The translations under genes were made by a program, and so were the position numbers. Shown piece by piece: positions 24,830 through 37,703 of a stretch of DNA of 64,000 nt. The notes beneath the pieces were generated by a model. It was not told the DNA's origin, made no database searches, and saw only the letters and a list, made by a program, of their open reading frames with translations. This DNA is from Okamejei kenojei (Eukaryota), in NCBI GenBank assembly GCA_035221665.1, contig CM069144.1, forward strand, positions 37,944,001 to 38,008,000. The letters run 5' to 3'. Position 1 is the stretch's first letter. The number at the start of each line of letters is the position of its first letter.

Positions 24830-25500
24830 ATTGGACCAAAACCAAGCAAATACAGTTTAATGTGAGGAAGTGTGAAGTCATGCACTACGTTAAGAGGAAT
24901 TGAATGGCAAGATTATTATCTAAATGGGGAGACGCTGTAAACAAGTGAACTATCGAGACATCTAGGCATTCGTGCATTTAAGACTCACAAAATGTTAGCA
25001 GGCAGGTCCAACAAGTAGTTAAGAAGGCAAATGGTATGCTGGCCTTTATTGCAAAGGGCTTGGAATTTAAGAATAGGGAGATTTTGTTACAGTTGCCCAG
25101 GCTGTTGGTGAGACTCCACCTAGAGTACTGTGTGCAGTGTTTGTCTTCTGACCTATAAAGGATGTAGCAGTATTGGAGGCAGTCCAAAGGAGATTCAACT
25201 GGCTAAGTCCTGGAATGTCTATGCAAGAGATGGAAGATAGTTGTGTCTGCATTCTTATGAGTTTTGAAGAATGAGGGATAGCCTTATTCAAACATGTAAG
25301 ATACTCAGGTGGCTTGATAGGGTGGATGGTTTTACTAGTGGGAAAATCTTGCCATGGGGTTATGGGTACAAAATAAAGGGCTGGTCTTTTAAAACTAAAG
25401 TGTAGAGAAATTGTTCATTCAGATTAGTGAATCTCTGGAATTTTCTGCCACTGTGGGTGATGAAGGCCAGACCATGAGATATATTTAAGTGAAGATGAGT
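24830..25500 (+). mobile_element. Old CR1 LINE 3' portion
   Basis: Encodes QVVKKANGMLAFIAKGLEFKNRE and LVRLHLEYCVQC. Confidence 0.85.
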
Positions 25501-25556
25501 AACGGCAGTGTATTACAAAGATGAGGGGTACTTATTGCAGTCACTATGTTTTTTTT

Positions 25557-25860
25557 CGTTTTAGTTTAGAGATACTGCACGGAAACAGTCCCTTCGGCTC
25601 ACCGAGTCCGCATGGAACAGCGATCCCCGCACACGGACACTATCCCACACACACTAGGGGGCAATTTACAATTATACCAGGCCAATTAACCTACAAACTT
25701 GTACACCTTTGGAGTGTGGGAGGAAACGGGAGTTCCCGGAGAAAACCCGCGCAGGTCACGGGATAACGTTCATACTCCGCACAGACAGCAGCCGTGGTCA
25801 GGATCGAACTCAAGTCTCTGGCACTGTAAGGCAGCAACTCCACCGCTACACCACCGTGCC
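25557..25860 (-). mobile_element. HE1-type V-SINE
   Basis: Complete head, core and tail on the minus strand. Confidence 0.92.
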
Positions 25861-26359
25861 ACAAATGTGCTGAGTGGGTGGGAACAAATGTCTTATGTGA
25901 TTGATGAGGTGTCAATCAGTCAGGCTGTATAATCCTGAATTGTGGCAAGCTTCTTGAATGTTGTTGCAGCTTCACTCATCAAAGCAAGTGGAAAGTATCT
26001 TATCATATCCCTCACCTATAACTTGCAGTGGCTAAAAAGGATAAACGTTGAGTCATTTGATACTGGATGCCCAAGATCAAATCCATCCTTGATATTTAAG
26101 TGGCTGTCTGTCGGGTTGAGTTCTTCGCTTGTGGTGGCCCCCAGGACAGTAGGTGGTAATCGATAGGAGGTTTGCTTGTCCATATTTCATCTGAAGCACT
26201 GAGACCTGAAGGGGTTTGGAGTTAATGTTGAGGACTGCCGTGCTAATCTCTCCCGCAAAGCCGTCCCATCCAGTGGGGCAGTCCTGTCATGCTGGTGGCA
26301 CAGGGCATACCCAGGTTTGTGATGGGGGAGTCTGGCAGCTTTGTTTGGTCTGATTCTGT

Positions 26360-26622
26360 GACGTGTTGGTGCAGCGGTAGAGTTGCTCTTCAGTCCCGAC
26401 TACAGGTGCTGTCTGTACGGAGGTTGTACGTTCTCCCCATGACCTGCATGGGTTTTCTCCAGGATCAAAGACATACAGGTATGTAGGTGAATTGGCTTGG
26501 TAAATGTAAAAATGGTCCCTAGTGTGTGTAGGATAGTGTTAATATGTGGGGATCGCTGGTCAGCGCGGACTCAGTGGGCCAAAAGGCCTGTTTCCGTGCT
26601 GCATCTCTTAACTAAGCTAAAC
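26360..26622 (+). mobile_element. HE1-type V-SINE with internal deletions
   Basis: gcagcggtagagttgct head and gggcc..aggcctgtttccgtgctg tail. Confidence 0.88.
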
Positions 26623-26899
26623 TGTGAGAACAATTATACCAGGCTGTTGCTTGACGAGTCCATGGGACAACCGTCCAAATTTAAGCACAGTCCCTGAATG
26701 TTTGTGAGGTGGACCTAGCAAAGTCAGCTAGACTGGGGGAGATTGCTGCCAAGTTGAAAATCAACGTCTGAGTTGACCACCAGTCCAGTTTCATTCCCTC
26801 TCCCTCTTAAACATTGCAGTGGTGGGCAACCTGGCCATCTGGATCACTTCAGAGTGCAACAGCATTGCCGAGTCTGCAGTCACATATCAGCAGACTAGG

Positions 26900-27205
26900 T
26901 TTTTAGTTTCTCTTTTAGAGATACGGCATGGAAACAGGCCCTTCGACCAACCGAGTTCTCATCGGCCACCGATCACACCAGCTCCATGTTATAGCACCTT
27001 CCCATCCACTCCCTACACATTAGATGCAGTTTTGCAGATGACAATTAACCTACAAACCTTTACATCTTTCAGATGTGGGTGGAAAGCAGGTCACCCAGCA
27101 GAAACCCATGCGGTCATAGGGAGAATGTGAAAACCCCACACATACAGCACCCAGGGTCAGGATCAAAACCAAGTCTCTGATGATGTGAAGCAGCAGCTCC
27201 ACTAG
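26900..27205 (-). mobile_element. HE1-type V-SINE
   Basis: ttagagatacggcatggaaacaggcccttcg tail and core on the minus strand. Confidence 0.85.
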
Positions 27206-28752
27206 GTAAGGACAGTAGATATCATCTGTGAATGACATTGGTGAATGTATGGGATTTTAACCACAATCTAGTGATCTGTAGTTTTCATTATTATTAACAC
27301 CACTTGTTTAGTTACAAATGCAAGATTATTTACAAGTTAAATTCCACAGCTGCTGTGATAGGATTTGAACTCAGCCTTTGCAATTGTTGGTCGAGGTTCC
27401 TGTGCAAGAATGAGACAGCTGGGCCGCGGACTTCAGAGAGGCGCTCACTCTCAGCTCTCTGGACAACAAAGTGCAACTGTGTGTTTGGCAAGAGTAAATC
27501 TGTGTTTGTTGGCACACAAGGATGAATTCCGAGACCTCCTGGGAACAGTCACCAAAGGCTGCTGGAATGGCTGTCAGAAATTCTTTGGGTTGCTCTGTGA
27601 ATAGCGGCACTCTGTTCCACACAATCCGAAACAGAGGCAGCCCTGAGCTACAGCCCAACATCAGCCATCCCACAGCTTGTTGGGCCAATGCAAATGCACA
27701 ACATCAGTTGTGTGAACGAGGTTAAGAAGCAAAGAATGGCCAATTCTCCCTTCTTTGTTCGTCATTGGAGAGGAGGTTAAGTCTCTTACAATGAAAAGAA
27801 TTCTCATCCATTCTCAAACAGTCGGTCTAAACTTTTTCTACTCAGTCAGTCCTAGCCATCACCTCAAATATCACGCTCACTGTGGACAAATCCAGAAATG
27901 CAATATGATTTTACCATTACCCCAATATCAATCACTGTTGTAATTGGATGGAGATGTAACGGCTATTGGGGAGCCGAATGACTGAGCAAATGATGCTTTC
28001 TGATAAAGGGCTCATTATGGATCTGCAGTCCAAGACACTGTTTTTAGATAGTAGTCTCCACTGGAGGTGGGGTTCAATTCCCGCTCCCGACAGTTAGACA
28101 TTTTACTGCAGAGAGTTGTACGGCAGAGTGAACACATCCGAGTCCATCACACAAACCACTCCTCCCATCCTTCCCTGTTAAAATCTTCATGTGCCTTCAG
28201 AGCAAAGTTTTCTTTTGCAAACATCTTCACAATTGCTGTGATTTCTCTTCCTTGCATTTGTCGTGGAGTGGGGGCAGTATTTCAGAATTAACAAGATGCA
28301 GTTTGTAATATTTTCACATCATCTCCCAACCTCTAGTTCTGCAAATTGTAAGCATTCTGCTGCTGGACCACATTATTCAAGCTATGAAACTGAAATTGTT
28401 ATTAACATGATGGGCAATGACAAAGAAGGAAAAGGAATGCATTCGGCTTCTCTACGTTGCAACGTGTTAGTTACAAAATACTTCAAACTACATGTAAAAG
28501 TCATAGAATTCCAAATCTATGATTCTTTTTACAACCCAACAACAGGGACCTTCACGAACACAATATAGGTATCAGTCCTTTCATTGAATTCTGTCTCAAA
28601 CACACATTGGTAGCAATTGCCCTTTTATGCATAGATATTCAAACTCTCTGTAAGCTCTCTGCAAATAGCTTTGCATGTTTTCTTTCTCCCACACAAAAGG
28701 AATACTTTTTTTTTAAACAGATAGCGAACAAAACTCCATTCTGAATTCAGAT

Positions 28753-28776
28753 CACACACACACACACACACACACA
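28753..28776. repeat. (CA)n microsatellite
   Basis: About 11-12 CA units. Confidence 0.95.
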
Positions 28777-29625
28777 GAATTGCATGCATAAGTGATATAT
28801 AGCCTGAAACTAAAGGGCAGAAAAAAGAGCATAAAGATAATTAAAATTTAGGTAGGACCTAATTATACTGCTATTGCTTGTCTCGTCCTTAGTTTTCAAA
28901 TGCAGGGAGGATCCTATGAGCCTTGTTCTGGCTCCTTTCCCCTTTCTGCTGGGCTGTTACTCAAAGGTGGGCAAGATTCTGCTTCCAATCCCCACTACAT
29001 TCAATCCCCATACAGATCAACAGATCTCCACTGGTGGACTAGACGTCAGGGATTTCTGCTGTATTTTGATCAATGATTTGAGTCACGCCAAGTCACAGAA
29101 TAATGGAAAACATGTCAGGCTTTACAGTGGGAATTCAGTTCCCAAGTGGATTAAAAACACTGATTCACATGCTGTTTTGCCAAGTTTCCTGTGCCTCTGG
29201 GCTAATGATCTAATCATCATCATGTTAAAAAGATGTTTGTTTTTGCTCAATTTCCCCCTTATTAGATCTGTGTGTGTTCTCTCTTTGCTTTGTCTTATTT
29301 CAATATAAACTTTCTCCCTCTGCCTGGCTCACTCCTTCCCTTCATTCGATCTGCTAGAATTTGCTTGCTGTGCAGCCACTGTTCTCTATGACAGCCCGAC
29401 TGCTGGTGCAACATAAAGTCCCCAAGTTGGCAATGTTTGACAAAGTACGTCAGCTGCCAAACAATTTTGTCAGAAGCCAATGCAAAATATTTTTTTTACA
29501 GCTTCACCAAGCATCTATTTGGAAGCAGCATAATAAGTATAATCACTGGGTAACTCTGATCAAGATCATACGCATCTGATGAAATAGTAATCATGTTTCC
29601 CCTTCCACAGATATTGCCTGACATT

Positions 29626-29890
29626 TTTAGTTTAGTTTAGTTTAGAGATACAGCACGGAAACAGGCCCTTAAGTCCGTCCGTGCCGACCAGCGATCCCCG
29701 TACACTAACACACGAGGGACAATTCCAATTTTACCAAGCAAATTAACCTACAAACCTGTATGTGTTTGGAATGCAGGAGCAACCGGAGCTCTTGGAGAAA
29801 AACCACACAGGTCACAGGGAGAACGTCCAAACTCCGCAGTCTCTGGAGCTGTATGGCGGTAACTCTCCCGTTGCACCACCATGTCGCCCC
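29626..29890 (-). mobile_element. HE1-type V-SINE
   Basis: (tttag)n then agatacagcacggaaacaggccc and the core. Confidence 0.9.
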
Positions 29891-30248
29891 ATCAGCTGAA
29901 TATCTCCAGTATTTTCTGCTTTAATATCAAATTTGCAGCATCTGGATTGGTGTTGCTTTTAGATCGCGCCAATCCTACCTGTCTCATTGTAATGCTTGTT
30001 AAAACTTGCTACGGCAGCTTTTCAGCTGACCTCCAAGATTTAAAACGAGCAAACACTGCTACACAATTCTCCATGATAGCTAGTCATTGTCTTCTCCTCC
30101 TTCACCTTTCCAAGGACACAAGGAGCCGTGCCCTTGATCTGCATAATGGTTTCCGGAGTTGCTGAGAAGCGGGATGAGGTGCCTCACTGCAACCGATGTC
30201 CCAGGATGGGTTGATGTCTGTGCTCCTTGGTTCCAGGTTCATGATGTT

Positions 30249-30507
30249 GGAGTCTGTAGATATGTCGTAGCGGCTCGTTATGCCAGTCGTAGGTACTCGG
30301 GGCATCAGGTAAGTCGGGACGTTTTTTCGGCCTGATGAAAAATGCCCACGAGTGATAAAATAGCCCCGAGTACCTGCAGCTGGCATAACGAGCCGCTACG
30401 ATATATCCATGGACTCCTACGGCCTCATTATGGACATTCTCCGAGTTTCAATCAAGGGGAAAACTCGGGAGAATTTGTGAGTAACTCGGGAAAGTGGGAC
30501 AGGCCCT
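30249..30507. mobile_element. PIF/Harbinger-type MITE lacking its left terminus; long internal hairpin
   Basis: Right end agtgggacaggccct|taa. Internal arms tcgtagcggctcgttatgccag...ggtactcggggc and gccccgagtacc...ctggcataacgagccgctacga. Confidence 0.8.
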
Positions 30508-30934
30508 TAACATGGTCACAGGGTCAATGTGCAAACCAAAGATCCTAGAATGCAAACACCAGGCAGGAGCTGACGTCAGGATTGAAGTTGCATTGCCTAT
30601 AGGAACATAAGAAACTGAAACAGGAGAAGGCCACAGCACCCACCCCCTCCCCCAATGTCTGCTCCACCCTTTAATAAGATCATGGATGATCTGACATCAA
30701 CACCACTTGCCTGCATAACTCTACAAATATCAATTTCTTTGATGTCAAAAATTCTATCAACGTCTCTCCTGCACATATAATGCTTTCCTTATTCAGAAAC
30801 ATTCCCATTCTATTTGAAATCTGTTAAGTATCATGTTGCAAAGGCAGAGTAAACAGTTTGTTGTCTCCAACAAACCAACCCACATCCACAGTCTAGATTC
30901 TTTTAAGCTTATAAAATCATGGATGAATGGATAA

Positions 30935-31068
30935 GGTGTAGAGTCAAAGAACGGCAGATGCTGGTTAATACACAAAAGGCACAAACTACTGGAAGTAACC
31001 CTGCAGGTCAGGCAGCATCTCTGGCGAACATGGATCGGCGACGTTTTGGGCCAACCCTTCTTCAGACT
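30935..31068 (-). mobile_element. Penelope-derived hammerhead unit
   Basis: Minus strand reads agtctgaagaagggttggcccaaaacgtcgcc (G12 changed to A). Confidence 0.75.
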
Positions 31069-31069
31069 C

Positions 31070-31385
31070 AAGGTGAATAGCCACAGTCTTTCCCCAGAAC
31101 ATGGGAGTCTAAATCTAGCGGGCATAAGTTTAAGGCGAGAGCCGAAAGATTTAAAAGGGCCCCAAGTAGCAACTTTGCACACAGTGGGTTGTGGGTGTAA
31201 CAAACAAGCTGCCAGAGAAAAGTTGGAGTTTGGTACATTTACAATGTTGAAGAGACCGGTGCATGGATAGGAAAGATTTGGATATATATGGGCCATGTGC
31301 AGGCAACCGGACTAGCTCTTTGGACAATAGTGTCAGCATGGACAAGTTGGGTTGAATGTCAGTTTACTTGCTGTAGACCATGGCT
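31070..31385 (+). mobile_element. CR1-type LINE 3' end
   Basis: gggcataagtttaaggcgaga ... catggatagg ... gcatggacaagttgggttgaa. Confidence 0.75.
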
Positions 31386-33140
31386 CTGTTACACATTGAT
31401 GGGAATATGGAGAGGATAAATGGGTTACTGCAAGATTAGCATAAATGGATTGGCAAAGACTCGGTGGTGTATGACTCTGACTATGACTCAGATGTGCACA
31501 TTTTTAGACAGGCATCAACTCTCAATAAATGTGAGTAATCTTACTGCCATTGATATTGAGTTATTATTGTCACATTTACTGCGATACAGTGAACATCTTG
31601 TTTTGCATGTTATTCAGGTAAATCATACTATACACAAGTGCAATGAAAATGGACACAAGTGCAACAGTGCTAAAACAGAAAGGAAACAGAGTGCAGAATA
31701 TAATGTTACAGCTACCGAGAAAGTGCAGATTTTAAAATGGTGCACGGGCCACAATGAAGAAGATTGGAATTAGCTATGAGTTAATCTAGAAGGGAAGATT
31801 ATATCATGACCTCAGTAAAACGTGACCATACGGAAATCCTCAATTTGATCACTGGATGACATTTGCATTTCCCACCCGGCCAGGCTTCAGTTCCCGCACT
31901 CCCTGTGCATTCGCAAGGATCGCAGTGTCAGTGCACTGGGGGATAGACACTGGCTCCCACCCTCCTCCCTAGCCAACAGTGCACCACTGAGAGCCATGAG
32001 CACAGGCAGCTGAAACCATGAGCATCCAGCTCGCCTCCCATCGGCAGGGAATCACAACAGCTGCTTTGTAAAGTGACGGTCCCAGTTTTACTATTTAACA
32101 AATGGGCAAAACATTGTTTCCATTTTTCATGCCCAAAACTGGTGGAATCTTTTATATTGCCCCCTTCTGCATGAGTTAATCCAAATGATTAAACTAGATT
32201 TCCTTTCCCATAGGTTTGGACAATATACAACTTGAAAACAATGTTCGTGCAAAGAACATGTCTCAACGGTTTGTTAATCGCTAACAAAGCCTGTGGCAGA
32301 ATCACAGATTAATACATCAGACATGAAGAGCTCAAACAAAATGTTCATCATTTATTCAAGACTTTTCATGGCTCTAATATTTTCAACAATGTTTCAACCT
32401 GGATAGCAGTTAATTCCAAAATGTAAACAGTTAACAGCTATAAAGCAGCAATTGCTCTTCACAATCAATGAAGTTACTCCATAACTTCAGTGGCAGAAAA
32501 CAAATGAGGCCATTGGTTAGGTTAATATTATAGAATGTTGTTTTTTGGACAACGGCAGAATTAGACTCAGTTTTCACCTCCGACTGCAAAAGACACTCCC
32601 TGGACTCTCAAATGGTTGCTCAAAGAATTTTCTTGTCCTCTGATGTGAATATTTAATTCCTGAGATGATGCACCTCGTTCAGACCTGCTGCTTCTTAAGC
32701 GGAAGATAATTCTTATTTATTGTCACGTAGATCTGGGCATTCCATCAGATTAAAGCCTTGATTTGTATCTTTGTTATAAATGCACCTGGGCACTGCACAG
32801 ATGCAATAATGACAGTGGAAAGTGATACGGGGGTAGGTGTAAAACCAGTGTGCGGTTCAATGTCTTCAGAGTCTTAACGGGCAGGTTAATCACAAACCAC
32901 CCCACTGTAATATGGTGATCGGTGAACTGCAGCTGTGCTCAAACCATATTAACCTCTCGTATGGCTGATTACCCATTATCAATCCCTCGGGAGATCAAAT
33001 AATGTATGGAAAAACGTATCTCTACTTTAGGCACATCTGACAAGTAAAGCAGTCAACTGCTAAAAAGACAGAATAAGATTTAACAGCAAAATTGATTCTT
33101 ATGGTTCCACATAAACCATCCTACCATGCCATACCTCACA

Positions 33141-33240
33141 GGCCTGAAGAACGGTCTCGGCCCGAAACGTTACCCATTCCTTCTATCCAGAGATGCTGCC
33201 TGTCCCGCTGAGTTACTCCAGCATTTTATGTCTATCTTCA
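33141..33240 (+). mobile_element. Penelope-derived hammerhead unit
   Basis: CTGAAGA-A-CGGT-CTCG-GCCC-GAAA-CGTT-AC at 33144-33173. Catalytic core intact; first pair of stem II mismatched. Confidence 0.8.
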
Positions 33241-34189
33241 CTGCTTCCTCAGTTCAGGGGTAATAATAGAGGGGCAATACAAGTTTGTGACATCCCCTCC
33301 CATAAACATCCACAACAAAACTACATGACAACATTAAGGGGTTAGTCTAAATAAATAATTTATATATTTTCAGAAGACAAAATGGGATGACTTATTGGAC
33401 AGTTCCTGAAGGACATTGGCCAGAATGCTGGGCCTGTTTGTCTTCACACTGGTTGAGTGTTTCCAGCAGTTTCTGTTTTTTTTTTATAGTTTCAGCATCT
33501 CGTAAATAATTTGCTCTCACATAGAAGTGTGTTGGAGGTCTCCTCCATCGAGAGCAAACTTAAACCCTCCAACAACCTTCCCTTCCATAAAGCAGATCAA
33601 AACTCATTGAGTGTTCAATGGTCCGTGCATTCCCTCTTTTTGAAACTATCCTGTAGAGATACACGTGCTTTCCTGTTAATCATTGTTCTGTTCTTCTCCT
33701 GACCCTTACACCTCCAATAAAACATTGTTAACATCTTCCCTCATCTGTCCTACTTTTTCTATCTCTCCTTGCCTTACGACAGTGATGATGCTCCAAATTG
33801 TGTCTCACTGGGATTTGAGCCATTTTGGATTTCCTCAGATTGTGGCAGGTTTTCAGAATTCATTGTGTAGCAATATGAAACACGCTCATTTATTTCAGTT
33901 TTCTATTAGTGCTGTATTTCATAGTCCTGGCACAATATTTTCCCTGCAGACAGAGTCATACAATATATGAGAACCGTCCCTTCAGCCCAACGAGACCATG
34001 TCAACTACTTACAGAAATCCTACAATAATGCTGTTTTCTCTCCACAGTCCAGTTAACCCTCAACCAAATGTTACCACACACCTAGGTGTGAGGGACAACT
34101 TACAGTGGCTGGTTAATTTGATGTAGATGTTCACCTTGTGGAAGTGGGAGGAAACCAAAGCATCTGAGGGAAACCTTAAAGATATTTGG

Positions 34190-34700
34190 CAGGCAGAGTT
34201 GTGGGTATAGCCCAGTCCATCACATCAATCAGCTCCTCCACCCCCTCTCCCCTCCCTTCAATTCCATCGACACTTCACACAGCACAGGAAAGTTGTCAAC
34301 ATAATCAAGGGCCATTTTCACCCGAATCATTCATTCATCCCCCCTCGTCCGTTGGGTAGCAGATACAAACCATTGGGAGTGTGTTCCACCAGATTCAGTA
34401 ACAGTTTCCTTCTGCTACTGTATAATCAAACCATTGAATAGTCCTCCCATGACCAAGTGTGTGGTGTACATCTTCCAACCTACTTCACTGCAGACCTTAC
34501 TCTTTTTTTTTATCTGCACTTTCTCTGTAACTGTAACATTATAATCCTGTAACATTATATTCTCACTCTGGTGTTTTTCTCCTTGCACTGCCTGTTGTAC
34601 TTGTGTATGATTTGATTGTACTCATGTACAGTTTGATTTGACTGGATAGAACACAAACTGTATCTCAATACACATGACAATAACAAACCAATATCGATTA
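34190..34700 (+). mobile_element. Rex1/Babar LINE 3' region
   Basis: gcagagttgtgggtatagcccagtccatcac ... aacataatcaagg ... accagattcagtaacagttt; homologous to 42700-43170. Confidence 0.7.
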
Positions 34701-35034
34701 CAAACCCCCCATGCAGTAACTGGGAAAAAGTGCAAACTCCACATAGACAGCACTGGACGCTGGAGTGCTCAGGCTGCATCACCATGAGCTGCACACTTGT
34801 GACACTCCCTCCTTTCCGGAGATTCATCTCCATGTTTACACCACCTTCAGACAGATGAACTATCCACCCTCTCCCAGCCAGAAGCCCCAATCATTTGTCT
34901 TCTGCTCAACCCCATCATAGACATCCCCTTTGTTCTCTCCTCCCCACCCTCTTCTCTGCAACATAGAAAACCCCCCAGTTTCTCACTTTTCCCAATACTG
35001 ATGAAAGGTCATCAGCCTGAAACTCTGACCCTGT

Positions 35035-35335
35035 TAGTCATGGAGATGCACAGCTTGCAAATAGGCTCTTCGGCCCAAATTGTTCACACTGACTAAGTTG
35101 GCATACAGCTAGTCCCATTTGCCTGTAAATGACCGGTAGCCTTCTAAACCCTTTCTCTCCATATAAATGTCTAATTGTCGTTTAAGAGTCACAATTGTAA
35201 ACTTGTCAAAAGCTTCCACTGGCAGCATATTCCAGATACAAATTACCTTTCGAATGAAAATGTTGCCCCCGAGATTCCTCTTAAATCTCTCCCCTCTCAC
35301 CTTAAACCTCTGCCCTCTCGTTTCAGAATCCTCTA
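35035..35335 (-). mobile_element. CR1-type LINE 3' end
   Basis: Encodes RGERFKRNLGGNIF..KV..IWNMLP...KRQLDIYM..KGLEGY. Confidence 0.8.
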
Positions 35336-35504
35336 CTTGCTCCCAAACACATTCTGCATCACCCCCCTGCTAAGTATTTCCAACATTTCTGTTTTAATTG
35401 AAGAATGCGAAGTGCAACTGCAGGTTGAGATATAGTGTAAAACCTGCTGCCCTCTTAACATCTGAAACAAGAAGCCCCTCCAGATGTTACCCTGACAAAG
35501 GCAC

Positions 35505-35780
35505 TCATTTAAGACCGAGATGAGAAATACTTTTTTCACACAGAGTGGTGAGTCTCTGGAACTCTCTGCCACAGAGGGTAGTTGAGGCCAGTTCATTGGC
35601 TATATTTAAGAGGGAGTTAGATGTGGCCCTTGTGGCTAAAGGGATCAGGGGGTATGGAGAGAAGGCAGGTACGGGATACTGAGTTGGATGATCAGCCATG
35701 ATCATATTGAATGGCGGCGCAGGCTCGAAGGGCCGAATGGCCTACTCCTGCACCTAATTTCTATGTTTCTATGTTTCTAT
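35505..35780 (+). mobile_element. Young CR1 3' end with (ttctatgt)n tail
   Basis: Nearly identical to 53655-53910; ends ctaatttctatgtttctatgtttctat. Confidence 0.93.
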
Positions 35781-37703
35781 TTATGACCTTCATGCATTCT
35801 TCCAACATAGTTTGCTTGCATTTACCACCTCGGTGAGGGTAGAGGGTGCAATCCTCATCTCTCATGGTGAAAGCTCCGTTTGCTTTTGAGGCCATTTTCA
35901 GAACCAAAGACATGCCAGTCAGCATTCTTAAGAGGAGGTGGTAGTGGTAGGAGAAGGGTGAAGCAGTCACCAGCCAACACACAATTGGGTTAGTGACAGA
36001 GGGAGTGGTGGCATGAGGGATGCACACTGGACCAACACAATTTAGGCCTGCGTGTAGATAAGGGAGATTAGGGTTCAGGTTGTATGTGGTTTATTGGAAG
36101 GAACCATCAATGGCCGCAACACAGGTTGGGTGGAGATTGCAGGATGGGCTTGTGAATTATCAGTGTGGTGCAGGCTGGTCCAAGGGTGAAGCCAGATCAT
36201 TCACTTCTATTGCCAATCTTGTTGCAGTGTGTGGACCATCTCCCAAATTTCTGAGCAGATGTCCTCATCATTCCTGCAAGACCAACGGCATGAGCTCGTG
36301 ATTAATCTACATCAGATTGCCAACCCCAAGACTCGATCCTTGACTCTTGACATCCCAGAACAATTAAAAAATCCATCAATCTCAACATTTATAATTTAAT
36401 CCCAGTTTCAATAGGATTTTGGGAGCAAGTGCTTCAATCTCCTTAATGTGAAAAATTGCTTCTGGCATAACTTTGTCTCAGTGGTTGGGCTTCAAGAAAA
36501 CATTCCCTTGTTCTGGACTCCCCCACTCTCTATTCACATTCAATTCATTAAACAGCAATCTATCAATCTAACATGGCAAGCAAGGATGCTCTATTCCCTC
36601 AGTGGAAACACTGCCGTCTGAATGGACTGGGGAATACAAAACAAAGACATTTGTCGACTAATCTTATTGGGAAATTACTCAAAATGCATAATAATGTAAG
36701 GCAGATAACACTTTGCAAGAAAAATTAGGCTCTACCTGTTCCAATCCATTGTTACCTTAAACATTTACAGTACAGGACACATGACCTACGAAGATTGAAT
36801 AGTTTTATATGAACCAGAGCAACAAAACCAGAATCCATTTATCATAATCTTATTCAAGAGAAACAAAGCAAACTGCTAGCAACAGGCTGACTGAAAACAA
36901 ATTACCAACCGCAAGAGAATAGCCTGGGTGAAGCGAGCCGGAGGATTTATTGACAATGAGTGGGTAATGAAACGCGAGTCCCTTTTCTTTAGACTCTCCT
37001 GTCACTCTCTTGCGAAGGAAAGCAAATAAGAGGAGTCATTGTGTGTTGGGCAAAAGGAGTGAAGAATAAACTCTGCAGAGAGCAAAAAGAAAACAAAGAG
37101 GGCAGAATATTCCATAAACACTGCCACCCTGACTAAAAATAAGGAGCTGAGTAACGCAGGTGTTGGTTGAAGAGCTCTTCTACATAAAGGAACAAAAAAG
37201 GCAGCTTTTTTTTCCAAATAAATAATGAAGCACCTCTTTGCAATGCCTGCTACTCAGGCTGGGCAAGGAAAAGCTGTTTGACTCATCAAGCCTCTCCCTT
37301 TCACAGTGCATGCGCGAACTCCTTCACTGGGGGCAACAGGCCACCCACATCACCTCCCGACGGGAAGCCCTCTAGCCCCAATGCTGATTGTGCCAGCATT
37401 ATCAGGCTCTTAAAATCCACCATCAATTTTCAAGCCAAGCCTTCTAATTTAGAAGGGCATGCAACATGAAGGAAGAGAAGCACTGCAGTGAAATGCAATG
37501 CATGGTTTGTCTGTTGTGCACTCAACCACTGAGTCCTGAGTTAACGGGAACACAAAGATACAACCCAAATCCCTGTGTCAGGCTGGGCTGTTAATGAGAG
37601 ACTGCAGACCAGGACTGACTCTCTCTGGTATCATTCACTTCTATTAGAGATGCTCCTGCTTCATGTAACATCTCATAGTCATAGAGCGACACTGCATTAG
37701 TGA

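Noticed and set aside
27330-27725. Several overlapping ORFs suggesting a coding exon
   Set aside because: No recognisable domain, no convincing splice pair, and no frame stands out.
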